Below, piece after piece: positions 55,557 to 64,000 of a stretch of 64,000 nucleotides of DNA. Source of the DNA: Escherichia phage UGJNEcP3. The stretch is taken from the sequence record OV876907, one strand, 5' to 3'. The first letter of the stretch is position 1. Each line of letters starts with the position of its first letter. The notes beneath the pieces were generated by a model that saw only the letters and a list, made by a program, of their open reading frames with translations, was not told the DNA's origin and did not search any database. Position numbers and translations under genes: made by a program.

Positions 55557-55579
55557 TATAAATATTAATATTATTTATA
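55557..55579. promoter_or_regulatory. Divergent late promoters (TATAAATA on both strands) between genes 4 and 53
   Basis: Plus strand tataaata at 55557-55564 (for 53) and tatttata at 55572-55579 (TATAAATA on the minus strand, for 4). Confidence 0.65.
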
Positions 55580-55591
55580 CTCGGAGGCCCT

Positions 55592-56194
55592 ATGCTCTTC
55601 TCATTTTTCGATCCTATCGATTACGAATCAAAAACAGTCAAGCCAGATTCCGGCTCATTAACAAATGCCGATGTATTGAGCGTGCCAATGACTGATATAT
55701 TTAGAAATTATAAAGAATATTTTGATAGAGTGGCTAAAAATTATACACTAAAAACTTATTACATCAATGGAGCCCCGCGTCCGGAAGAATTGGCCCATAT
55801 TCTTTATGGCAATGTCCAATTATATTGGGTTTTACTGATGTGTAATAATATATACGACCCGTATTATGGATGGATTACCGGTCAAGAAGCCGCCTACCAA
55901 GCAGCCATCCAAAGATATTCTACCGCTGGTGGAAACCAGGTCCTTTACCATGTAAACGAAAAAGGTGAGAAATTCTGGAATCTTGTCAACACGCCAGAAA
56001 ATCCGTATACTTGGTATGATAAAGGCGATACAGAAAAACGTTATCCTCAATACGAAGGCCCATTGGCCGCAGTAGATATTTACGAGGATGCTATTCGCAA
56101 AAATGAATATAAGCGCGAAATAAAAATTATAGACCCTAATGATATTGAGTCTTTTATTTCTGCTCTTATTCGTGAAATGGAGAAAGCCCTCTAA
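55592..56194 (+). CDS. 53: Baseplate wedge protein gp53
   Basis: 200 aa; SD GGAGG; late promoter TATAAATA at about 55557-55564; position and size as T4 gp53. Confidence 0.9.
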   Translation: MLFSFFDPIDYESKTVKPDSGSLTNADVLSVPMTDIFRNYKEYFDRVAKNYTLKTYYINGAPRPEELAHILYGNVQLYWVLLMCNNIYDPYYGWITGQEAAYQAAIQRYSTAGGNQVLYHVNEKGEKFWNLVNTPENPYTWYDKGDTEKRYPQYEGPLAAVDIYEDAIRKNEYKREIKIIDPNDIESFISALIREMEKAL

Positions 56195-57936
56195 TGATTA
56201 ACATGTCTGATAATTTAAGTTGGTTCGTCGGTGTAGTTGAAGACCGAATGGACCCACTCAAACAGGGCCGAGTACGCGTACGCGTCTGGGGTATGCATCC
56301 ATATGAAAAAGTACAAGGTCCTGTAAAAGGCCTTCGTACAGAAGATTTACCATGGATGTCGGTATTAATGCCTACATCTTCTGCCTCGGTTTCAGGTATC
56401 CAAACCGCTATGACCGGTATGGTCCCGGGTACACAAGTTTACGGACACTTTCTTGATAAGTGGAAATTAAACGGGCTTGTCCTCGGTACATACGGTTCGG
56501 CTTCAAAACAAAAGGCAAATCCAAACGAAGGTTTTAGTGACCCAACAGGACAGTATCCGCTTTATTTAGGTAATGATGCCGCTGCACTAAACCGAGGTGG
56601 CGAAGTTGGATATGATGCCGCTTCTAACGTAATACAAGATGCAAACACTGATGTAGGTATTAATCCGGATGGATTAGATTTAAGCCAAGTTAAGCCTGAT
56701 GATAATCCTAATTTCACAATAGAAAACATGCTTCATCGTGATGAGGGTCTTCGTCTGAAGGTATATTGGGACACCGAAGGATATCCTACTATTGGTATAG
56801 GTCACCTTATTACACCACAACCTATTAGAGATATGACCCAGATAAACAAAATATTATCTAATCAAATAGGTCGTGAAGTTAAAGGTAACCCTGGTGCAAT
56901 ATCAATGGACGAGGTTTCTAAATTATTCCAAGACGACCTTAAAAAAGTCCAAAACGATATAGGAAGGCATAGTGTTGTAGGTCCTGTTTACAATAAAGAA
57001 AACCGTTCAAGACAAATGGCTCTTGAAAACATGGCTTTCCAAATGGGATTAGGTGGATTGGCTAAATTCCGTGGAATGCTTAGTGCAATGCTAATAGGCG
57101 ATTATAAAAAGGCATTTGAGGAAGCTCGTAATTCAGTATGGTTTAACCAAACTAAAGGTCGCGCATCAAGGGTATCAATGATTATCCTTACAGGTAACAT
57201 GGAATCATATGGTATTATGGCCCCTAAAGAAAGGTCATTTAATGGTCGTTCGTATAGAATGATTCAAACCTTTGCGGCCCCTACAAATTCGGACCCTGCA
57301 GACCCGTGGACTCCAGAAGACACAAGGATTCTTTTTAAAGAACCTGATTCTAGTTATAAAGGCGAATATCCATATGTCCAAACCATGCAAACTGAAGGTG
57401 GGCATATCCAAGAATTCGATAATACCCCAGGGCAAGAACGTTATCGATTAATCCATCCTACCGGTAGTTATGAAGAAGTTGCTCCTGATGGTCGTAAAAC
57501 TTCTAAGACGGTAGCCGATGGTTATTATATGACCCAAGGCGATTCAAATACTTATGTTGGTGGTAATAACAAAGTCAACATAGGCGGTGATGAAACATAT
57601 TATAATATGGCAAACGTGCGCCGTCAAACTGACGGGTCTGAAAGCATTCATATTCGTGGTAATGAAACCAAAACAGTAGAAGGTGATGGAACCCTTATTG
57701 TTAAAGGAAATGTCACAGTTCTTGTTGAGGGTAATGCCGATATAACTGTTAAAGGCGATGCTAAAACATTAGTTGAAGGCAACCACGACTATACAGTAAA
57801 CGGAAACGTTAAATGGTCTGTAAATGGAAACGTTGATATGACTGTTGCAGGTAATTGGTCCGAAACTATGTCGACTATGAGTTCTATTGCATCAGGTCAA
57901 TACACTATTGATGGTTCGAGGATTGACATTGGCTAA
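56194..57936 (+). CDS. 5: Baseplate hub and tail lysozyme gp5
   Basis: 580 aa; N-terminal LSWFVGVVEDRMDPLKQGRVRVRV OB region, central lysozyme domain (DEGLRLKVYWDTEGYPTIGIGHLI), C-terminal VEGN repeat beta-helix. Confidence 0.95.
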   Translation: MINMSDNLSWFVGVVEDRMDPLKQGRVRVRVWGMHPYEKVQGPVKGLRTEDLPWMSVLMPTSSASVSGIQTAMTGMVPGTQVYGHFLDKWKLNGLVLGTYGSASKQKANPNEGFSDPTGQYPLYLGNDAAALNRGGEVGYDAASNVIQDANTDVGINPDGLDLSQVKPDDNPNFTIENMLHRDEGLRLKVYWDTEGYPTIGIGHLITPQPIRDMTQINKILSNQIGREVKGNPGAISMDEVSKLFQDDLKKVQNDIGRHSVVGPVYNKENRSRQMALENMAFQMGLGGLAKFRGMLSAMLIGDYKKAFEEARNSVWFNQTKGRASRVSMIILTGNMESYGIMAPKERSFNGRSYRMIQTFAAPTNSDPADPWTPEDTRILFKEPDSSYKGEYPYVQTMQTEGGHIQEFDNTPGQERYRLIHPTGSYEEVAPDGRKTSKTVADGYYMTQGDSNTYVGGNNKVNIGGDETYYNMANVRRQTDGSESIHIRGNETKTVEGDGTLIVKGNVTVLVEGNADITVKGDAKTLVEGNHDYTVNGNVKWSVNGNVDMTVAGNWSETMSTMSSIASGQYTIDGSRIDIG

Positions 57937-57970
57937 TATCCTACCAATGAGCACTGATTTAGGAGACTCC

Positions 57971-58468
57971 ATGGAAGGGGCCTCAATCGATGTTACGTTT
58001 ACCGCTCAATTAGAAACAAACGAAACATTAGTTGAAATAAATATAACAGAATATGAGCCTACAGAAGGCATTATTGTCGATGGAGCTCATTTATATGGAA
58101 CCTACGAATCGGTATTTGGGTTCTCTGAAGATGCCTTGAAATATCGATTAAACGATGAATTTAAAACGGCCGGTTCATGGAAAGACCTACCGGCCGACAG
58201 TAACACTCAATTATACCTCTGGAAAGCCCCTAGTAATCTCCAGAAGACGTTTTCTTACACAGTCACATTAATCTATGACTTTCAAGAAGAGTCGTCAGGA
58301 GGTGATACAGGGAACTCAGGCGGTAGTAATTCTAGGGCCGGTAGCGAAACAGACCCTCCTCCGGCTCCTGTAAGAAAAACCCTTACTAAGGTTTATACCA
58401 AGGTTATTGTCGGTAATTGGTCCAAATGGGCAAATCAATTAAGAGAATACGTATATGCGAGGCCATAA
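57971..58468 (+). CDS. gp5.1-like hypothetical protein
   Basis: Trimmed to ATG 57971 preceded by AGGAGA; the ORF-track version overlaps the gene 5 3' end. Confidence 0.55.
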   Translation: MEGASIDVTFTAQLETNETLVEINITEYEPTEGIIVDGAHLYGTYESVFGFSEDALKYRLNDEFKTAGSWKDLPADSNTQLYLWKAPSNLQKTFSYTVTLIYDFQEESSGGDTGNSGGSNSRAGSETDPPPAPVRKTLTKVYTKVIVGNWSKWANQLREYVYARP

Positions 58469-58762
58469 ATGTCAGGCTTAAGTTATAACCAATGCGTAAC
58501 GGCAGGTCATGAAGCGTGGCCTCCTACAGTAATAAATGCCACTCAAGGTAAAGTATTTACAGGTGGTATTCCTGTGTTAGTTGACGGGGACCCTATTACA
58601 GAACACACAGAAATTAAAAAACCATATGAAACCCATGGTGGGGTAACCCAACCTAGAACATCAAAGGTATATGTTACAGGCAAAAAGGCTGTCCAAATGG
58701 CAGACCCTATTTCGTGCGGAGATACAGTCGCACAAGCCTCATCTAAAGTATTCATAAAATAG
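58469..58762 (+). CDS. 5.4: PAAR-repeat baseplate spike tip protein gp5.4
   Basis: 97 aa, same size as T4 gp5.4, glycine-rich PAAR-like beta repeats, located between 5 and 6. Confidence 0.8.
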   Translation: MSGLSYNQCVTAGHEAWPPTVINATQGKVFTGGIPVLVDGDPITEHTEIKKPYETHGGVTQPRTSKVYVTGKKAVQMADPISCGDTVAQASSKVFIK

Positions 58763-58770
58763 GAATTAAA

Positions 58771-60729
58771 ATGGCTACTCCTACGAATTACCAATTAACA
58801 AGAACCGTTAACGCTATCCCAAAAGTATTTGTGGGAGCTACGTTTGAAGAGATTAAAAAGAATATTATCGATTGGCTTTCTAGCCAGGACGAATTTAAGG
58901 ATTACGATTTCGTTGGTTCGCGAATGAATATCCTGATTGACATGTTAGCTTACAACACCCTGTATATGCAGCAGTTTGCTAGTACCGCGGTATATGAATC
59001 TTTCATCGGTACTGCTAACTTGCGTTCCTCCGTCGTCCAGGCTGCACAGGATAACGGCTATTTGCCAAGTTCTAAATCAGCAGCCAAAACAAGTATCATG
59101 TTGACCTGTACCCAAGCCCTGAATGAAAAGAATATTCGTATCCCACGTGGTACTAAATTCTTGGCCTATGCCCGTGATACTTCAGCGGACCCATATGCTT
59201 TTGTTACCACGGAAAACGTTATTGCCGTACGTGATGTTAATAACCAATATCTTCCTATCGTATCTTTAGCACAAGGCCGTATTATTCGTACCGAACTTAA
59301 GTACGACCCTAAAACCCCTATTCTTATTCGTGACCCAGATATCGATAGACAAGAAGTTAAACTTTATGTCGATGGCGCAGAATGGACTAACTGGACTAAT
59401 AAATCCATGGTTCATGCTGGTAGTACATCAACAATTTACTATATGCGTGAAACCGTAGATGGTAATACTGAATTCTTCTTTGGTGAAGGTGTTGCTGAAA
59501 AATCAGTTGCAGGTGGGGTATTAGAAGCTAATTATATTGGCGGTTTAAAACCTGTTAAAGATGCCACCATTGTTATAGAATACCTTCGTACAGACGGCGA
59601 AGTTGCTAATGGGGCAGTGGACTTTAGTTATGCGGATTCTTTGGCGTATATTACAGTTGAAAAAATTACAGAAAACTACGATGAAAACCCGGATTATGTA
59701 GGTGCTGACGGTGGTGGTGACCCTGAAGATATTGAACGTATTCGTGAACTTGCTGTAGTTAAACGTGAAGCCCAGATGCGTGCTGTAACTGGTACAGATT
59801 ATGATACATTCGTTTCAGAGCGATTTGGTTCTATTGTACAAGCAGTACAAACCTTTACAGACCCAAATAAACCAGGTTACGCCTTTGTTACCATTAAACC
59901 TAAATCAGGATTGTATTTGACGGCAGTACAACGTGAAGATATCCAAAATTATCTTTCAGAATTTAACTTGGCACCTATTACCCCTTCGGTTATTTCTCCT
60001 GACTACTTGTTCTTGAAGCATAAAATTAAGGTTTCATATGCACTGAACAAATTACAGGAATCCGAACAATGGTTAACGGCTCAAATCCTTTCCCAAATAG
60101 ACCGTTATTATATTAACGAAGTTGAAATATTCAACCATGGATTTGCCAAGTCTAAAATGTTGACTTATATTGATAATGCAGACCACAGTATCCTTGGCTC
60201 TTCGGCTACGGTAACAATGGTTCGCGAGGTATTAAACTTCTTCAAAACACCTGAAGCAGGTATTAAATACTATAATCAATACACCAACCGTTCTGTAACT
60301 TCTAGTGAATTTGAGTTCGTCCCAACAAACGTATCGGATGTTGTTAAATCTTACAACGTACGTATTGTTGCCACAGATAAAGACGAACGAGGCGATGGTA
60401 AAATGGTTATAGGTCCTTTCCGACCTGGCGATGTAATTGAAAACCAATACATTCAACCTTATACCGGAGATGACTTTGATAAAATGGCAGCGCCTGCAGA
60501 CCAATCAGTCTACTATGTTATTGGCGAAATTGATTATTACTCAGACTTTATTTTCTGGGATATCGCCGCAATAGGCCTTACTTCCGACCGTTTTGAAGTC
60601 CAGTCTATTGAACTTTATGCAGGGCCAGACCAAGACAACATCTTTACCAAAGACGGTTCTTTAATCGTATTTGAAGATGACCTTCGTCCTCAGTACACAA
60701 CTATAGAGTTGGAACCAATTACAATATAA
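58771..60729 (+). CDS. 6: Baseplate wedge protein gp6
   Basis: 652 aa in the gene 6 position; size as T4 gp6. Confidence 0.93.
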   Translation: MATPTNYQLTRTVNAIPKVFVGATFEEIKKNIIDWLSSQDEFKDYDFVGSRMNILIDMLAYNTLYMQQFASTAVYESFIGTANLRSSVVQAAQDNGYLPSSKSAAKTSIMLTCTQALNEKNIRIPRGTKFLAYARDTSADPYAFVTTENVIAVRDVNNQYLPIVSLAQGRIIRTELKYDPKTPILIRDPDIDRQEVKLYVDGAEWTNWTNKSMVHAGSTSTIYYMRETVDGNTEFFFGEGVAEKSVAGGVLEANYIGGLKPVKDATIVIEYLRTDGEVANGAVDFSYADSLAYITVEKITENYDENPDYVGADGGGDPEDIERIRELAVVKREAQMRAVTGTDYDTFVSERFGSIVQAVQTFTDPNKPGYAFVTIKPKSGLYLTAVQREDIQNYLSEFNLAPITPSVISPDYLFLKHKIKVSYALNKLQESEQWLTAQILSQIDRYYINEVEIFNHGFAKSKMLTYIDNADHSILGSSATVTMVREVLNFFKTPEAGIKYYNQYTNRSVTSSEFEFVPTNVSDVVKSYNVRIVATDKDERGDGKMVIGPFRPGDVIENQYIQPYTGDDFDKMAAPADQSVYYVIGEIDYYSDFIFWDIAAIGLTSDRFEVQSIELYAGPDQDNIFTKDGSLIVFEDDLRPQYTTIELEPITI

Positions 60730-60756
60730 GCCTCTTCGGAGGTTTAAGGAGATTTA

Positions 60757-63700
60757 ATGTCTGTACAAGCGCCTTATGTTACTAGTCTGAGAATTGATAA
60801 ACTCTCGGCTAACCATGTGAGCATTCTTTGGGATGACGTAGGCGCCAACTTCTATTATTTCGTAGAACTGGCCCAAACGAAGGATGCGGGTGTAGAAATT
60901 CCCGACGATAGATTATTTTGGAGAAATTTAGGTTACACCCCTAATAACGAATGGTTTGAAGAGGCATTCATTTCTCCTAATTCATTTTATAAAATGCGAG
61001 TTGCGGTGGCCGCCCAGGGGTTTGAGCAGTCTGAATGGGTTTACACTGAAGAATTTGAAACTTTCTCTACCAACGCATATACATTTGAGCATATGCGCGA
61101 ATTCACTTTGTCTAATAAATTTATTGAAGAAAAATTCACAAAAAATAATCAGAATTATGTGAATTTTAATACTGATGCCATTATGGCTTCCTTAATGACG
61201 GAAGATTTTAACTTTACGCCGGCGTATTCGCATTTGTCATCTATATCAAATTATGTTTTAAAAGCTGACCGTTTCCATGAAATCCAAGGAAGCATTCAAG
61301 CAGTTTGTAAAGACCCTAAACGTTCTATTTTAATGGAACTTGGTGGCGTACTTTACCTTTTAGAAAGATTCCAAAGCACAGCTAAGGTTTCTAATGATAA
61401 AGGGCAGAACTGGCATTATATCCGTTTGTTTAATGACCGGGTAGGTAACCCTGTTTCACGTACGGTACATTACCAAACCGACACAACTACTTATGTTCTA
61501 GGTTATGACCAAATATTTTACGGACGTAAATCAAGTGATATTCGTTGGTCTGCTGACGATGTCCGTTTTAGCTCCCAAGATATAACATTTGCTAAAATAG
61601 GTAGTGATATCGACCTTCCATTTGAAATCGAGATATTCGGGTCATATGCAAAACTTCCTTTGCCTATTTCCACTATTGCTGAAGCTATATGCGCTTCTGA
61701 CGATTTCATTTATGTTGCAGGTAGAGATAGAGTTTATAAAGCAAAAACATCTGAGGCTCCTATAGACACCGACCCCAGTTCTCCGACTTATGGAGAGAAG
61801 ATATTTGAAAGCGGATATTCAACTATCACAGGGAACCCTAAAGCAGTTTGTTATAAATTAGATTCTATCCAAGGCCATACATTTGCTTTAATTACAGGTG
61901 AAGTTAAAGAAGAAAAAATGGACCCTACGGTCGAATCTAATGTGGTTGATTCTGAATCCAAAGGTGTTTATTGGTTAGACACTTCAACTGATACATGGAC
62001 TCGTGTATTTGGAAACACCGAAGAAGAACGTCGTCGTATAGAGCATGGGTATACCAGCATGTCTACTGATGGAGAGGAATTATTTTTCAGTTCAAGCAAC
62101 TTTAGATATGAAGTAGAGGTTGATTCTGAGCTTCCTTTGGAATACCCTGGAATTGTCACCTCCGCCGTTAAATATGTTAAAGATGAACAATGGATTCACG
62201 ATAAACATTATTTGATGATGAGTTTTAGGTCTAACTCTAAATCCGATTTCAAAGAATTTAAACCCGGGCGTATGGCTTATTATGCCGAACCATTCTTTAG
62301 TTGGTCTCGTCGTGATGGAACCCGTTCATGGATTACTACTGGTGACCATGCGATGGTTGTTTATAACGATGCTTTATACCAGAAAATTATCGACCTGAAC
62401 AGTGGTTCTTCACCTGAACGTATTGTTCATGAGATTTGGAATAAAGGTTTTTGTAAAGTCACATCTCCTAATATAGAGTTCAACGGCTTTAAGAAATATT
62501 CTTCCGGAATGATGATTCACAAATCTACAGGTGAATTGGTTGGATATTTTGAATTCGACTATCGTGTACGCGATGAAGTCCGTGTTATTTGGAAGCCTAA
62601 AGAAATTATGTTTACGGCTGAATTGCAAAACCAAGAACATGAAATCCCGTGGAAACCTAAAGAGGAAGTTGGTGAGCAAGACCCAGACCTCCAGCCTTTA
62701 CTGGTTAAAATGATTCCAGATAGTTATTTGCTTCAAGATAGCAACTTTGAAAAATTCTGTGAATACTATCTCCAATTTATTAGTGATGGCTCGGGTACAC
62801 ACTATAATAATTTGTTGAATCTTATTCGTAACCAATACCCACGTGAAGAAGATTCATGGGAATATTTGTGGTCGGAAATCTATAAGCGTAATATCTATTT
62901 GTCGAAAGAAAAACGCGACGAAGTAGTTCGTTTTTTCCAGGCGCGCCAAACTGATTTTTGGTCTACAAAAGGTACCGAAGCTTCATATAAATTCCTGTTT
63001 AAATTGCTTTACAACGAAGATGTCGAAATTGATATCGAATCCAAGAACTCTATCGAATATGATATCATCGTAGAATCCGACAATATCAGTGAAGATATCG
63101 TAGGCCAAACGATTTATACTCCTACAGGAAGAAGTAATGTTACTTATATAGAACGAAATTACAAAGATGGCAAACTGCAATGGCGTTTAACCATTCATAA
63201 TCTTTTAGGTCGTTTTATAGTCGGACAGGAAATTAAATCTGAACGTACTTCGTTCAAGGGTATGATTGTTCAGGGCGTACGTGGTAAAGAGCTTTTGAGT
63301 AACAATATCGACTATATCAACCGTAACCGTTCTTATTATGTGATGACTATTAAGTCTAATCTCCCTACCTCTCGTTATCGCAACGATGTTTTGAGATTTG
63401 TTCATCCAGTAGGTTTCGGCTTTGTAGGTATAACTTTGCTTTCTATGTTCGTTAACGTAGGTTTAACGCTAAAACATACAGAAACTATTATTAATATCCT
63501 TAAGAACTATAAATGGGACTCAGGTTTGCCATCTGAATGGTATGATAGAGTTGCTGTAATAGGTTTTGATGGTAATATAGAACGAGACCCTAGAACAGGA
63601 CTTCCGGTTTATAACGTTGGACCTAAAGCAGGAGAACCGTTTGATATTCCTGCTGATTATGATGCAGAAAATGATTCCTCTGTATTCCAAGGTCAATTAC

Positions 63701-63852
63701 CACACGAACGTATTAAAAAGCATAGTCCATTGTTTGACCAAAGTGCTGTGACCTTTGCCAATTGGCGTGCACTGGTTGATAAGCGTCTTAAAGACGATAT
63801 TGGAAATCCTAGAGACCCTAAAGTTCCAACTCAGGTAAAAATTAATGATTAA
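60757..63852 (+). CDS. 7: Baseplate wedge protein gp7
   Basis: 1031 aa in the gene 7 position; size as T4 gp7. Confidence 0.93.
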   Translation: MSVQAPYVTSLRIDKLSANHVSILWDDVGANFYYFVELAQTKDAGVEIPDDRLFWRNLGYTPNNEWFEEAFISPNSFYKMRVAVAAQGFEQSEWVYTEEFETFSTNAYTFEHMREFTLSNKFIEEKFTKNNQNYVNFNTDAIMASLMTEDFNFTPAYSHLSSISNYVLKADRFHEIQGSIQAVCKDPKRSILMELGGVLYLLERFQSTAKVSNDKGQNWHYIRLFNDRVGNPVSRTVHYQTDTTTYVLGYDQIFYGRKSSDIRWSADDVRFSSQDITFAKIGSDIDLPFEIEIFGSYAKLPLPISTIAEAICASDDFIYVAGRDRVYKAKTSEAPIDTDPSSPTYGEKIFESGYSTITGNPKAVCYKLDSIQGHTFALITGEVKEEKMDPTVESNVVDSESKGVYWLDTSTDTWTRVFGNTEEERRRIEHGYTSMSTDGEELFFSSSNFRYEVEVDSELPLEYPGIVTSAVKYVKDEQWIHDKHYLMMSFRSNSKSDFKEFKPGRMAYYAEPFFSWSRRDGTRSWITTGDHAMVVYNDALYQKIIDLNSGSSPERIVHEIWNKGFCKVTSPNIEFNGFKKYSSGMMIHKSTGELVGYFEFDYRVRDEVRVIWKPKEIMFTAELQNQEHEIPWKPKEEVGEQDPDLQPLLVKMIPDSYLLQDSNFEKFCEYYLQFISDGSGTHYNNLLNLIRNQYPREEDSWEYLWSEIYKRNIYLSKEKRDEVVRFFQARQTDFWSTKGTEASYKFLFKLLYNEDVEIDIESKNSIEYDIIVESDNISEDIVGQTIYTPTGRSNVTYIERNYKDGKLQWRLTIHNLLGRFIVGQEIKSERTSFKGMIVQGVRGKELLSNNIDYINRNRSYYVMTIKSNLPTSRYRNDVLRFVHPVGFGFVGITLLSMFVNVGLTLKHTETIINILKNYKWDSGLPSEWYDRVAVIGFDGNIERDPRTGLPVYNVGPKAGEPFDIPADYDAENDSSVFQGQLPHERIKKHSPLFDQSAVTFANWRALVDKRLKDDIGNPRDPKVPTQVKIND

Positions 63853-64000
63853 TTCTACAGTAGTTTATCGTTCTATTGTTACTTCAAAATTTAGAACGGA
63901 AAAAATGTACAACTTTTACAGAACAATAGGTGATGGCGAAGACCAGAACACTATGTATGTATCTTTCGGAAGGGCCCGACCATGGGCCGATAACGAAAAC
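63845..64000 (+). CDS. 8: Baseplate wedge protein gp8, 5' part only (runs off the window end)
   Basis: Translation MINSTVVYRSIVTSKFRTEKMYNFYRTIGDGEDQNTMYVSFGRARPW matches the T4 gp8 N-terminus as recalled; ATG overlaps the gene 7 stop. Confidence 0.85.
   Translation, partial: MINSTVVYRSIVTSKFRTEKMYNFYRTIGDGEDQNTMYVSFGRARPWADNEN

Overview
This 64 kb window is a contiguous slice of a T4-like (T-even) myovirus genome, and by my recollection the DNA polymerase is closest to the RB69-like lineage. Positions 1 to about 55,550 are transcribed on the minus strand (early and middle genes, then the late genes 4-2-3-1-57A-57B); from 55,592 onward the baseplate genes 53, 5, 5.1, 5.4, 6, 7 and the start of 8 are on the plus strand. 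Recognisable core genes in T4 order: 41 (partial), 40, uvsX, 42, imm, 43, regA, 62, 44, 45, rpbA, 46, 47, 55, nrdH-like, 49, nrdC, rI-like, tk, regB, denV, e, nudE, two tRNAs, 57B, 57A, 1, 3, 2, 4. The most interesting region is the uvsX-to-43 interval (1815-5995). Both T4 glucosyltransferases are missing (no beta-gt between 42 and uvsX, no alpha-gt between 47 and 55). In their place is a five-gene, translationally coupled operon: a nucleotidyltransferase-kinase fusion, a HAD phosphatase, a P-loop kinase, a divergent thymidylate-synthase-family enzyme (gene 42 position) and an unrecognised 297 aa protein at the beta-gt position. I interpret this as a candidate non-glucose hydroxymethylcytosine hypermodification module; this is inference from motifs and synteny, not a database result. 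Other notable content: seven proteins sharing the T4 internal-protein capsid-targeting N-terminus MK(T/S/A)Y(Q/N/K)EF, a tandem array of five small paralogs ending W-x-S-S-x-x-C, a free-standing GIY-YIG homing endonuclease, a macro-domain protein, an AAA+ ATPase beside a Pol-beta-type nucleotidyltransferase, and two families of repeated promoter cassettes. All calls are from reading the sequence and the ORF track; no searches were run. Motif coordinates for promoters and hairpins are approximate to a few bases, and I found one unexplained 1-base disagreement between my indexing and the ORF track near 27567.
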